DNA of 64,000 nt from Octopus vulgaris (GCA_951406725.2 OX597814.1:56606001-56670000), one strand, 5' to 3'. Positions 12,916-26,241 are shown, counted from the stretch's first letter. The notes: generated by a model not told the origin, from the letters alone. Translations and numbers: made by a program.

Positions 12916-14559
12916 GCTCAAGTCAGGGGCAATGTCACTTCTCTTCTGACAAGTGAGGGGAAAAAATGTTAGATTAAAAAATAGCACTGAAGTGTTGACA
13001 TTGATGAGTGGACAAGGTTTTATTGTGGTAAAATATTACTTGTTGCAAAAAAAAAAAAAAAATTCTGATGTCTTATGTATATGCATGTGTGTTGATATAC
13101 TATGGATGAATAACCTGTTTTGTTACATATGTATATGAATACATATATACATGTGTGATAATTTGTCTGGTAAATTAACATGTTTACTACAGAGATTTAT
13201 TCTGAATATTTTACTGATACATTAGTCAGGCATGCACCATGACTAAATACCCAGAATATGCAGTAACTATTGATAAAGTAATACGTTAAAAAAAATAGGC
13301 CTTATGATGACATAAAATATTTACTTGCAAATAAATGCATGCACACAAAACCTGAATGAATTGTATCTACATATGCAAGCAAACATGAACACTGCCCTAT
13401 GGAAGTTACAGGTTTTTATACACCTGTGTTTACATGTGTGTGTGAACACATACACACACATACATATATATAAAATATCACCATGCCCACTTTTTCATGC
13501 ATCAGACAAAATTAGTTGCGGCAGATTTTCTACGACTGGATGCCTTTTTTTTTTTTGCTAACCCCCTACTTGTTTATAAGCAAAATTATATTTCCGCATG
13601 ACCAGATATGTTTTTGCAGAATGTTTGGAACAAATGGCTCTGCATATGACAGTGGCTTTCATTTAATATTATGTGATGCCTAGACAAGGAGGCAGAAACA
13701 CACAGTCATGATGGACTTCTTTCAGATTCTGTCTATCAAATCCACACAGGAGGATTTTGTCAGCCTTGCGCTGTAGTAGAGGGCACTTACTTAATGTGCC
13801 ATGTAAGTGGAACTGGACCAAATTACACTTGGAAAATGAATTTCTAAACTCTATAGTCATGCCAGTGTAAGCTTACACATGCATAAATACATGCATATAT
13901 TTTGTGCATATGTTGCAAAAACATGTACACTTCTGTCATTCTGTAGTGACTTTGAGTGGCAAGGCAGAATGAATTCTGCTTCTATGTGTGCTGCTATTAA
14001 TATATTATAAAGTTGAACTCACAACACACATCAATCTATTTATATTTGACATGTACATTGAACTTGAAAAGCAGCAGAAATTGAATTTGCCTGACATCAA
14101 AATAATGATCATTTACTGACTTATATACACCGAATTTCATACATTAAATTACCATTTTTATAATTAATTGAAATCATTTACTCTCTATAAGTAAATAATT
14201 AATGATTATTGTTTGATTTTGGATAAGTATTGTTTACCTTGCTTCTATATGAAAGAGATATTAATATGCCTATCCAAATGGCTCAGTGATGAATGCATAG
14301 TTTACTGCAGTAAATTTGATGTATGCAACAAATTCAAAATGATATTTTGATTGCAACAGACTCTTGTTCACTTGAGGTATATGTTATATCTATAGGCATA
14401 AGTTAACTCTGTGGTTATGAAGCTTGCTTTTTAACCATGTGGGCTTGAGTTCAGTTCCATTGTACAGCCCTTCGGCAAGTGTCTTCTACTATAGTCCTGG
14501 GCTGACTGAAGCCTGTCACGTGCATGCATGTGTATGTGTGTGTATATCAACCATTAATC

Positions 14560-14760
14560 CGGACAGTCCAGACATATTTTTTTTCTCTCCTTTTGTTTCC
14601 TTTCTCCATCTGTTTTCTCTCTTCATCTATCCTTTCTATAGAAGAGCATAGGCTTGAAATGTCAATGACTTCTTCCATTTTTCCTGGGTGCCAAACTAAT
14701 ACACCCTATTTGTTGTTCCCTTACTTGTTTCTGTGTTTTGTTTTGCGTGTATAATTTTTA
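14560..14760 (+). mobile_element. Penelope-like LTR fragment with decayed hammerhead-like motif
   Basis: ctatagaa-gagc-atag-gctt-gaaa-tgtc at 14636-14663. A homologous copy lies at ~43270-43390 on the minus strand, sharing the flank ttccatttt..aaactaatacacc..ttgttgttccc. Confidence 0.5.
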
Positions 14761-16104
14761 CCCATATAAATTGGCATTATTTAGAGAAATCTTTATATGG
14801 ATTTAAGTGTCTTATGATGTGATATTCTTAGGCTTTTTTTTATAACTGTCTAATAAATTGCTTCATCTTATTTTTACACACCTGAGTTAAACCAGGTTTC
14901 CCGAACCAAAATGCAACATAAATGCTAGAGATGCCAAGAACAACAACTACAATATTTGTACACAAATCATGCTAAAACAATTGAGGTTAATGCGATTAGC
15001 TATTGATCACATAGATATGGATTCAAATGAAACAACAGCTATGTTGTGTTGGTAGAATGGTATCAAGAGTAGAGCAATGGATAAAATGCTTATACTGTGA
15101 GTTCAAATCTCACTTGGGTCAACTTTGTGCCATTTGTCCTTCCATAGATGAGACAATAAGTACCATCAAGTACTGGTGTTGAAGGCCACTTCGCTCAGAA
15201 TTTATTCTCTTGCACATATGTTAGAAATCATTATATTCTTTGGGAAAGAGCACTCAATATGTGTCTCAGCCTACTTGGTTGACAACATATTCCACTTTTA
15301 TTTCACTGTTAAGCAGTTAGTAATAGGAATGGTATCCATCTGTACAGATATGTGTTCTAAACAATGTGCCAACAATATCCAAATGTTAAAATTGTGCTCC
15401 ACTTCAAAAAAAATTCCACCCATGCTCAGTTATAAGAATATACATAAATCAAAATAACATGATGATGTTCTTGGTATGAAAGACAATATTTAAGTAAGCA
15501 TTTATGTATTTAATACTGGGGGAATGGCAAATTAACTGGAAGTAATTATATGATGAGGAAAAAAGAAAAAAAAACTATAATAATCACTAATATTGCTTTA
15601 ATTATTTAGGCAATTATAGGAAACAACTTCAGACATGTTTCAATCTTATTATGACATCGCCAGCAAATCACTAAGTGTTTCTGGTTATATTTCTATTGCT
15701 CCCTACATTAAGTTGAAAAGCCTTGTTATATAATAGCTAATTGTTCCCTGAAATAAATCATTATTATGCTCAGGGACTTGAAATCTCAATTCTCAAATCC
15801 TGAATACTAAAACAGCAAAATTGAAAATAATGGATGTATTTGTTTGCTGACTGGTTGTGATGGCAATGAAGCTTTCTTTATGCAATGGACCCCAACCCAC
15901 TAAAATTTTTTTTTATTGTTTTAACTAGGTCAAGAATCATTATTTGAACTCAAACTGGTAATGAGATTGCACCAAACTGGACATAAGCAAATGAGTTTCT
16001 ATGCTATCGCTTGAACTCATAGAAATTATGACCAGATCACCATCAAAGAATTGCCCATTTTAAAGAAGGAAGACATATTGGTTGATATAGTCTGTAGTAC
16101 ACTC

Positions 16105-16445
16105 TCCTTTACTTGTTTTAGTCATTTGGCTGCAGCCATACTGGGGCACCTCCTAGAAGAATGAATCGACCCCAGTACTTTTTTTAAAAACTTGGTACTT
16201 ATTCTAACTACTGAGTTATGGGAATGTAAACACCCCAGCAACAGTTGTCAAACAGTGGCAGTGGACCAACAAAGACACACACACACACACACGATGGACT
16301 TCTTTCAGTTTCTGCCTGCCAAATCCACTCACAAGGCTTCAGTTTGCTTGAGGCCATAGTAGAGACACTAAGCCCAAAGTGTCATGCAGTGAGACTGAAT
16401 GTGGAAGCATGTGGTTGGGAAGCAAGCTTCTTAACATAGCCATGC
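16105..16445 (-). mobile_element. tRNA-derived SINE (head tggctgtgtggtaagaagcttgcttcc family)
   Basis: Reverse complement of the family seen at 26655-27003, with an internal (CA)n linker. Confidence 0.75.
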
Positions 16446-17082
16446 TTTCACCTAAGAAAATGAAATATGTTGAGGCAAGCAGGAGAGGCTAGACAACAGC
16501 AATTCCATAAGGTAGGCTGATACAGTGAATGTTCTATTATAACCTCTCCACATTAGACTTTTGTGGTCAGAGGTGAACCTAATAAGTCAGCATCTCATTT
16601 AACAGAAATGATAATCAAAATCTTATTCCATTGTCCTAATCTTCATATTTCTCCAATCTACATTATCATTACAGAAAGTAACAAAACAAAAATATCTGTT
16701 TTGATGCACTTTCTATTCGTATTTAAAATACAAAATTTTTCCCTACAGCAATGTTTAAGGCTATTTACTAATTTTAAAAATATTTCTATTGAGCTAACAT
16801 TGTTTAAATAAAACCCTGTGACAGATGTGTATGTATTTGATGACAATTACTCTCCAGAGAATTTGGTTCTTTTCCCCACTAGCCTTCTGAAATATTTAGA
16901 ATTTTGACAAGAGTTATTGTTGGATGACAGCTGAACTGGAATGTTGTTAAAAGGGTCTTAACATTCACTCAGCAATCTCTTTTTGTATTCTTTTATTTAC
17001 ATACATATTGTGTGTGTGTGTGTGTTTGGATATACATACCCATGCTCATGTATAACGTATGTAATCAGAGTGTATGTAAAGA

Positions 17083-17416
17083 AGCTGCATGGCTTAGTGG
17101 TTAGAGCATTGGGCTCACAATCATGAGGTAGTGAGTTCGATTCCTGGACTGGACTGTTTGTTGTGTTCTTGAGCAAGGCACTTTATTTCACATTGTACCA
17201 GTTCACTCAGCTGTAGAAATGAGTTCTGACATCACTGGTGCCAAGCTGTATCAGCCTTTGCTCTTCCTTTGGATTACATCAGTAGCATGGAGAGGGGAGG
17301 CTGATATGCATGGGCAACTGCTGATTTTCCATAAACAACCTTGCCTGGACTTGTGCCTCGGAGGAGAACTTTCTTGATGCAATCACATGGTTATTCATAA
17401 TTGAAGGGGGTCTTTA
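17083..17416 (+). mobile_element. tRNA-derived SINE, second family
   Basis: Pol III A box tggcttagtgg and B box gagttcgattcc, followed by gtgttcttgagcaaggcacttt. Homologous to 61083-61375. Confidence 0.85.
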
Positions 17417-17817
17417 CTATGTAAAGTAAAATGGTAAGTGTATCATCATCAATAGGTTAACATCCACTTTACCATGCTTGCATGAGTTGGACAGAATTTT
17501 ATTAAGGCAAATTTTTTATGGCCAGACACCCTTTGTGTTGCCAACTATCAGCTGTTTACAGGTGAGGTAATAGTTCCCCATTTGACCAGCAGATCAAATG
17601 ATTGCATAAAGGTGTCCAGGTTTAACTCCTTGGAAAGTTGTTTGTTTCCTGAGAGGGAACTTTATCACTCCCATAATTCTTCTGCTTGTGTTTTATTTGT
17701 TGATCGTTTTAAATCACTTTATCTTTATCAACAGCACTGGTTTGGGCAAATCAACTAAATCCTGATTTGAGTAATCTCAAGTTAGCAAGTCTGTGTAATA
17801 AGTTAAATGAGTAGGTG

Positions 17818-18030
17818 TCATCATCATCATCATTTAACGTATGTTTTCCATGCTGGCATGGATTGGACGGCTTGACAGGAACTGGCAGGACCAGTGGTTA
17901 CACTGAGTTCCATTATCTGTTTTGGCTTGGTTTCTATGGCTGGATGCCCTTCCTATCACCAACTACTCCACAGTGTACTGGGTGCTTTTTATGATGGCAC
18001 CAGCAATAGTGCTTTTTTCTGTGGCACCAG
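17818..18030 (-). mobile_element. RTE LINE 3' end fragment
   Basis: (TCA)n tail, then the reverse complement of the 8133-8320 sequence. Confidence 0.7.
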
Positions 18031-18983
18031 TACCCATACCAATACTTTTTTCTTACATGACACCTTGGTTTTAGGAGCTGTGAAATTACAAATTTTTATG
18101 CATTATTTTACATTTAGTTGGGGTTTGTATATTTTTTATCAATTTGGACAACTCACTAATTACTTTCTTCTCTGAATCTAGCTAGCTCTACAACCCTGGT
18201 TATTGTTTGGGTTAGAGGCCAATTGTCAAGTGGTATATCTCTTCTTTTTTTTTAATCCAAACAATACTTTCTTTTTTTTAATCCTTTATATGAAGTGTGT
18301 CCAAGATAAGAAATGTTAGCTTTTTTTTTCTACATACTGCAATAGTACTTAATCAAGCTTCCCAATAAACACAGTATAGTGGATTAGTTGGTCTCCTGTA
18401 GCCTTTTACAAACTTGAAAGAAGCTTTGAACTCTAAGCTATAAGTTGCTAATGGTGAAGGTATTAATGTACTTTTATTGCACATAGTATCAGTTTGTGTC
18501 AAACACATGGATGTATGGTTATGGTAGTGTCCTTGATGGAATTATAATCTTTGCTCTACAATCTGTGAGCCAACAAGATTATGGATTAATTTGCTTTGTT
18601 TTTTATTTTTAGCAGTATATTCAGTTTGTTAATGCTACACACACACACACATTAATGTAACCAAATTAATTTACATAATATAGATTTTTTTTTAAAAATG
18701 TAACCTATTATAGTTAATAGTTTATCTTTTGTAATAGGGAATAGTTTTAGTAAATTAATACGATTACTGTTGCTTGAAGGTTTTGTAGTTATGGTAAAAA
18801 AAACAACAACAAAAAACACAATATGGAGTTTGTTAATACAGAAAAATCACTTGTAGAGGAATTGAACTCCAGGAGTTATGAATTGCTAGTTTCAACACTG
18901 ATTTTACTTGGTAATTTTGTTGAAAGCCAAACCTACAATGTATTTAATTTGCATCAATATTGCAATGTAATAATTGTTTATAT

Positions 18984-19315
18984 ATACAGGGTGCCATAAA
19001 TAAACTTGTCTAAATTATGCAAATATAAATAACACTGACATCACATTTTAACAGATATATTTACCAAAATTACATTAAGATATCTTGAAATACTAAAGAG
19101 TAAATTTATTTAATAGAATCGCCATTGGCTTTAACCATTGCTTCCAGACGATTTTGGAATCTCCTGCAACTCTTCTGGACAGTCTCCTAGTTTAAGTTGG
19201 TGAATGTTGCCGTAATTCTTGCTTTCAGTTCATCTTTGGTGTTACAAGGAGTTTTGTTGGTCTCTCGTTCAACTGTGTCCCACACAATAATTAAGGGGGG
19301 TTGCAGTTTGGGGAC
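18984..19315 (-). mobile_element. Tc1/mariner (maT-like) 3' fragment with one terminus
   Basis: Terminus TA-CAGGGTG. Minus-strand translation PNCNPLNY.VWDTVERETNKTPCNTKDELKARITATFTNLN*ETVQKSCRRFQNRLEAMVKANGDSI is a typical transposase C-terminus. Confidence 0.85.
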
Positions 19316-19840
19316 TGCATATATTATATATGTATTATATATACTTTATATATATATAAAAAAATAGGTTTCATAACGAATTTGCTACCGTAAATTTTCA
19401 AATAGAATGTAAACAAACAATATGTCTTATTTCAAATTTTCATGCGGTATTCTTAAAGATAAAACAAGTAGGATACTTATTCCCAGGAGGTAAAATTCCA
19501 ATCCATGTTCTTGTACGAAGAAGTTTTGTTTCAAAGAAAAGTTATGTTACATGCGGCTGCAAATGAAAATACGATTTATCACCACGTGCTTTCTTCAAGA
19601 ATAACTCTAGCTTGCGTCAGTGATTTTAATGTAATATATTTAACTTTTTGTGCAATATATTCATTTTTTTTTTACCAATATACCATAGTAGACCATTATG
19701 AAATAATAAGCACTATGTTTGTTGTCAGTTTTGGTAGATTTTTTTTGTCGATACAGGGAATCCCTCTTGGTTATTTCAGGAGCACGTAAAGCACGTCTTT
19801 CCACAATGAAACCAGTCCTCAATCAAACCATCTAACATAT

Positions 19841-19988
19841 GTTAGTTAGTTAGTTAGTTAATTTTTGGCTCAAAAGCAAATAGCAAGGCCATGTAAGGGG
19901 ACATGGAGTTAAGTACAGGGTGGTGTTCATGTAAAGAGTTCAGGCCACTTGAGGTCAAGGGAGACTTTGAACAAAGCAGTCTTCGGCA
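19841..19988 (-). mobile_element. 5'-truncated CR1-like LINE end with (TAAC)n tail
   Basis: Minus strand reads PKTALFKVSLDLKWPELFT* (FK..LD..W motif), then a short UTR and a (TAAC)n tail. Confidence 0.6.
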
Positions 19989-20008
19989 TATATATCTATA
20001 TGTATGTA

Positions 20009-20054
<46 letters not shown>

Positions 20055-20479
20055 GGCTGTTAGTCTTGTGCCAAATCAGTATATAAAAAAAAAACAAGAT
20101 TAAATGAAAGAAAGTTTCCTCACTGCATTCAGCATGGTAGCATTAAACATATATAGTCCTGTCATGAAACACACTATATTATTAGCAATGAGGCTGTATT
20201 GTATTTTTGAATTCGATGTTCTCTATATAACTTATTGGGAGGAATTTTAGGCGCTCATTTAGCTAGTTGCACACCCACCTCTGCTGAAGCTGACCTGAAA
20301 CACCTGTCTCCTCTCATTGCTTCAGGCACCTGGACTTAATATGGTTCTTCTTCAGAATATCATCTTGTGGAACCTTTTTCTTTTTCTGCAGATGTGAACT
20401 AACAGATCTTCAAGCTGAATATATATTACATTGATCTTACAAGTAGTTTGCAAATCTCTTCCACCACACAAGGCCATTA

Positions 20480-21267
20480 TAATATATACATGTGTAGGCT
20501 TGAAAAAAATGAAGCTAGTATGCTCCGCTGGATGTGTAATGTCCAGGTGAATACACAACAGTGTAAGTGCCCTGAGAGAAAAGTTGGACATAAGAAACAT
20601 TAGATGTGGTGTGCAAAAGAGATTATTGTACTGGTATGGTCATATGTTGCATATGGATGAAGACATCTGTGTGAAGAAGTGTCACACCCTAATAGTGGAG
20701 GGAACCTGTGGAAGAGGTAAACCCAGGAAGACCTGGGATGAGGTGGTGAGGCATGGCTTTTGAATGTTGGGCCTCACAGAGGCAGTGACAAATGACTGAA
20801 ACTGTTGGAGATATGCTGTACTTGAGAAGACTCAACAAGCCAAGTGAGATTGTGGCTGATGCCAAAAAGTAGCCTTCAATGACTGGGCAATATGCTGTGC
20901 TTGAGAATGCCTGTTGAGTCAAGTGAAATTGTAGTTGTGGCCAGTGTCAGTGCCACCTGACTGGCACCCATGTCGGTGGCATGTAAAAAGCACCATTTGA
21001 GTTCAGCTGATACCAGTGCCGGTGGCATGTAAAAAGCACCATTTGAGTGTGGTCCATGCCAGTGCCACCTGACTGCCCCCCACCCTCGCTGGTGGTATGT
21101 ACAAAGCACCTACACAGTGTTGGTGTTAGGAATGGCATCCAGCTGTAGAAACCTTGCGAGATCACATTGGAGCCTGCTGCAGCCTCCTGGCTTGCCAATC
21201 CTCAATCAAACCATCTAACCCATGCCAGCATGGAAAGTGGATGTTAAACAATGATGGTGATGATGAT
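20480..21267 (+). mobile_element. RTE-clade LINE 3' fragment (ORF C-terminus plus 3' UTR)
   Basis: NEASMLRWMCNV...LREKLDIRNIRCGVQKRLLYWYGHMLHMDEDICVKKCHTLIVEGTCGRGKPRKTWDEVVR. The UTR contains repeated ggtggcatgtaaaaagcacc and ends in (GAT)n. Confidence 0.9.
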
Positions 21268-22303
21268 ACATAAACACTAGGAAATTAGACTGAATCTATT
21301 TAGAAACTAATTACTCTTAATACACAAAGCAGAAGCCATTTGATTGGTGCCAAGAAATGCAGAGAATTAGATTGTCTGAAATAAAGTTGATTATTTGTAG
21401 TGAATACAAACATTTGGTTTAGTTTTTTTTCTTTTTTTCCCTAGAAATAAAGGCATATCAGTAATTGGCATGTCAGTCAATCCAGAATCCTTGGTTGATT
21501 TTATTACCTTTTTTTAATTTTTTTATTTTCCCAATCTTTTTCTCTTTGTCTATAGTTCTTTATATTGTCTGAAGAAGATTATGGGTGACTAATTGACATT
21601 GTGTATTAGCGAAATTAAAAGTTTCTGGAAAATTTCCCACTAATACCCCTAAGTATATTCTCACTTTCTGATGAGACTAATCTTGTTGACACTAAATTGT
21701 TTGGTAAATGTGGTGACAGCAGAACATTTTCCAGCATGCAATTCAACTTAACTGACCAATTTCACACATTTTAAAGTTGACATAATGAATGAAAATATGC
21801 TGCTTTTTTCAGGAAGATGGTCCCACTTTGTCATTATCTGTATCCAAAATATCTGTGAGCATCTCTCTGACTACTCAAATGTAATTCCATTGATTTAATA
21901 ACATAGTTCTAATAAACCCGTATCTTTCAACAAAATGGTGAAGTTATTTTGCTTGATAGATTTGATATGTGTCATCAAAAAGGACATGACTTTGAGTGGA
22001 CACTGAGAAGTGTAAAATTAACATTTGAAGATATTTGAAGGCTAGTATAACATTACGTGCTTCCACACCCCAATAGCTGAAAGATTTGAAATCATATATT
22101 ATCCTTAAATATGCTGTTGGTTGACCTACTTTTGGATGTTTCTACAGTAGTTTCTTTTGTTGTGCAGGTAACATGCTGCATGCAACACAATGACTGAATT
22201 TATTCAATGCAAGACAATTACCTGTATTCCTTTATCTTTTTTGTTTGATTATTTCTGTTTTCTGCTGACATATATTACTTCTGGGAAAGGAAAGACACTT
22301 TAA

Positions 22304-22830
22304 CCTTTTATCATTTAAACCAGCCATATCAAGCCCAAATATTCTACCAGTTTTATGTTTAAACTGGGTAGATCTGGACTTTTACATCTACCCTACTATG
22401 TCATTTTAAAACAGTGGTTCCCAAACTTTTTTGGTCTACTGTCCCCTTGACACCCAGGTTACTTTCCCAGTGCCCTCACCCCAACTAACCATCACAAACA
22501 TAGACCTCTTTCTGAAGCAAATTCAAAGCAACTGTATTTCACAAATAAAATTTAACCTAATGAACCCACTATTTTGTTGTTTTTACATGAATTGCTACCC
22601 TATGATCACCCCACTTTTTACATGAATCGCTACCCCATTATTACCCCACTTTTCTTCAATGCCCACTTGGAACTTTCCAGTGGGGGGCAATACTGCCCAC
22701 TTTGGGAACCACTGTTTTAAATATAAACAATCTCATCATCAGAATCTTGAAGTTACAAGATAATGCATAATTCGAAACAATGTGAATAAACAAGCATTAT
22801 ATTTGACTGAATAATCTGAATGCTAAAGAG
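22304..22830. mobile_element. piggyBac-type MITE family A interrupted by a hAT MITE
   Basis: The family A sequence is contiguous on both sides of the 22412-22714 insertion. Confidence 0.8.
22412..22714. mobile_element. hAT (Charlie-like) MITE
   Basis: Perfect 14-bp TIR cagtggttcccaaa/tttgggaaccactg; 8-bp TSD ttttaaaa/ttttaaat. Confidence 0.92.
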
Positions 22831-23144
22831 TGAAATACCTTGTGAATGGTGTGTGTTTACACACATCTGCATGCATGTGTGTAGAAACATTTAAAATTTA
22901 TTTATTCATTATTATCCAGGTTAGCTCTATCTGAAAATTTAGATATTTGCATACATATTATTAGACCAAATGATTTGTTTCACATTAAATATCCCTTCTA
23001 CTGCTAACTACTCGACTGATTGTAATATGCCTTTGTTTCAGGTCTATCTCATATATGCATTTGATCTACGCTGACCATATTGGAAAGCTGATCTGTTCAT
23101 TTTAATTCCTGAATTTACTGCTATCAGAAATATTAAATGCGTGC

Positions 23145-23193
23145 ACGCACACACACATGCACACACACACACACACACACGCACGCACACACG

Positions 23194-23224
<31 letters not shown>
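23145..23224. repeat. (CA)n/(CACG)n microsatellite
   Basis: Directly visible; another (CA)n/(GA)n at 23408-23468. Confidence 0.95.
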
Positions 23225-23406
23225 TTGATTGATGGAAACTGAAAGAAGCTCGTCATATAAGTCTTTATGTACCTTTGTGTGTTTGTTTACAATTGCATAC
23301 TATGTAAGTTTCTCACTATGAGCAGTGTTGTCATTGTCATCACCTGCTTACTTCATGCCTTGGAAGACCTCCTTGCTTGAGAAACATGTGAGGGTTAGCA
23401 ACACGT

Positions 23407-23449
<43 letters not shown>

Positions 23450-24620
23450 TAAACAGAGAGAGAGAGAGAAAATAAATGCTTATTAGTAATTGTGTCTGCC
23501 TCCCAATGTGAAGGTGATAAGCAAGAATTTTCCAGAATTGACATGCCATCAGGTACTTTCTTTTATTTATGTGAACACATTTCTTCTTTAATAAGCATCA
23601 CCAGCTCAGCAGTTGTTCTGGCCTGAAATCCAGCTTGACACAAGTTTTAGAATATTTACAGAACGAATTGAACATTTATGGTCTTAGGTAATTTGTATAA
23701 TTAAAACAAAAATGACCTAAGATGAAGATGTCTGAGTGCCAATTGGTATGAATTTGGACAACAAGGACAAATAAAAGTATACTAAATACCATACAATGTG
23801 AAGTCTTATTATTAAAGGAATTCCAACCATGACTATCACATCTTTTTAGAAGTATTTCTGTAGTGTAGTTACTATGTGTGCCACCTGGGTTTGCTTTTGT
23901 CCCACTTGGGCTCCCAAGCCTGTACAGGTTTTTGCAGCATACTTTAAAGTGCTGTTCCCATAAAAGTGTCACCTGGGGCAGACTGCTCTCCTCAACAAGC
24001 CATGCTACTGGACTACATTGCCTAATGTATTACTCCTTTTTCAAATTGAAGGGTGTATCTTAGTGAGATTTAGCTGCTATTTTTGGCAGGTGGGATGACC
24101 ATGTAGAAGCTTCCTTGTTGCTTCCTATATACTGTTATAGGTTCAAATGCTATGACCTGAACGTAAAAATGTTACAGTGCTGCAGGTGAGGGGGTGTAAA
24201 TGGGAGTGTGTGAGTGTTACATTTTATACCAGTCCGCCTGACATAGTCTTGGTGTCTTCTTACCAATATGCCTGTTAACCACTCATGTTATTGAGTTCAT
24301 ATTTAAATTAGCTGTCCCACACTCAAAATTTCATTTAGTTAAAGAAATTAACTCCAGAACTTATTTTCTTTAAGTCTGATGCTGATTTTATCACTCTCTT
24401 TTGTTGAACTGCTATGTAATGGGTGGGGAGGTGTAACCAAAACTAACACCAGTTGTCAAGTGGTGGCAAGGACATATGCATAGACTCATGTGCAAATTCA
24501 TTCATAAAACATTGTTCGACCTTGGGTTATAGTAGAAGACACTTACCCAAGGTGCCACACAATGAGACTGAACCTGAAGTCATGTGGTGGCAGAGTGAGC
24601 TTTTTGAAGTTACAACTATA

Positions 24621-25030
24621 TTTTATTCTGTTACTTGTTTCTGTCATTTGACTGTTGCCATGCCATAGCACTGCCTTAAAGAGTTTTAGTTGTAGAAATT
24701 GACTCTAGGACTTATTCTTTGTAAACCTAGTACCTATTCTATTGCTCTCTTTTGCTGAATTGCCAAGTTATGGGAATGTAAACACACCAACATTGGTTGT
24801 CAAGCAATGGTTGGGGGCGACAAACAGACACAAAGACACACATACAAAAATATATATATATATATGACAGACGGACTTCTTTCAGTTTCCATCTGCCAAA
24901 TTCTCTCACAAGGCTTTGGTTGGCCTGAGGCTATAATAGATGAAAGACACTTGCCCAATGTCCCTCACAGTGAGACTGAACCCGGAACCTCGTGGTTGGG
25001 AAGTAAGTTTCTTACCACACAGCCATGTCT
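24621..25030 (-). mobile_element. Near full-length tRNA-derived SINE
   Basis: Reverse complement of the 26655-27003 family. A partial copy is adjacent at ~24410-24610. Confidence 0.8.
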
Positions 25031-26241
25031 TGTAGTTATTTTAGCATTTTTGTTAAACCCATCATGATCAATTTGGAAATAAACTGAAACCTATAATCAG
25101 CCTATTTCTTATCTTAAAGTCTTTTTTTAATGGATTCGAAGTGAATATAAATATTCACAGCTTAGTTGTACACAAAATGGAAAGTTACTGCACTCATGCA
25201 CTTTTAAGTATAAAATTTGGGTTTAGTATGTCGGACTGTAGTAGATTTTCTTCAATGGATAAATCAATAGCTGTCCAAGTGGTCCAGTCAGCACACAGTT
25301 TGTGTGTGTAGAACAAAAAACAAAACCAAAAACCCCAAGAAAGAAAATTACTTAAACGAAACAAGATTGGCGCTAATTGTTTAGTTTTGTGTATAACCCA
25401 AGTAGAAACTGTTTCTGTCACTCTTATGGTCTTCCGGCAAAACTGAGCGAAAAGTACTGAGGACTTTTCTGTTTGTTTTTCTTTTGTGCTGTTCATTTAA
25501 CGAACTTAATTATTTAGCTGCTAGCTATTTTTAAGTATGTCTTTTGTTTTGTTTCTTTTTTTTTTTTTAAGTTTATACATTTACTCCACCTTTGTTTGCA
25601 AATAGATCCCCTGTCTTAGGTATTAATTAGAAAAACAATTACCTTCATAAATTAACACATTTCATCATTGAAACTCTTTTGTTGTAAAACAAAACAAAAA
25701 TAAACAAAATAAATACATAAATATAACAAAAATAAAAGCACAAAAAGTTACAAACAAGACTAAGTAAACCTTTACCTCTGAACACTTATTTTTAAGCTTC
25801 TATTTTCTATTTGTCTCTGAAGTTATTTTCTATTTCCATTTTATCAGTTCCTTCATCTTTTTTAACTGACACAAAGAGAAATTATCCCTTACCCCTCCCT
25901 GCTATTTCAGTCTCGGTCTGTGTCCACTTTATTGCATACAAGTTGTAAAAGAAGAAGGAAAAAAAAGACATATTAAGTACAACGTAGTTTTTGTTAAATC
26001 GTAAAAAGACAACAGTGTTTTCAGTAACCATCATCATTACCTCCATTACCTTCACTTATAAATATTGTCGCCACCTTCCTCACCATTATTGACAGTGTTT
26101 CTACATAACTGTTGATTGCACTTATTACATGTATTTCTGTTCTGTTTTTAGTATTGGTTTCTCAGTGAGTCTTGAGCTCACATTTAAAGCAAACTCATAT
26201 ATATATATATATATATATTGTTGTATTACTATTTACTTTTT

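Noticed and set aside
17083-17155. tRNA gene
   Set aside because: A and B boxes are present, but the sequence continues into a SINE body repeated at 61083, with no full cloverleaf or terminator.
25194-25496. 100-aa minus-strand ORF
   Set aside because: No recognisable domain or splice support; the length is compatible with chance.
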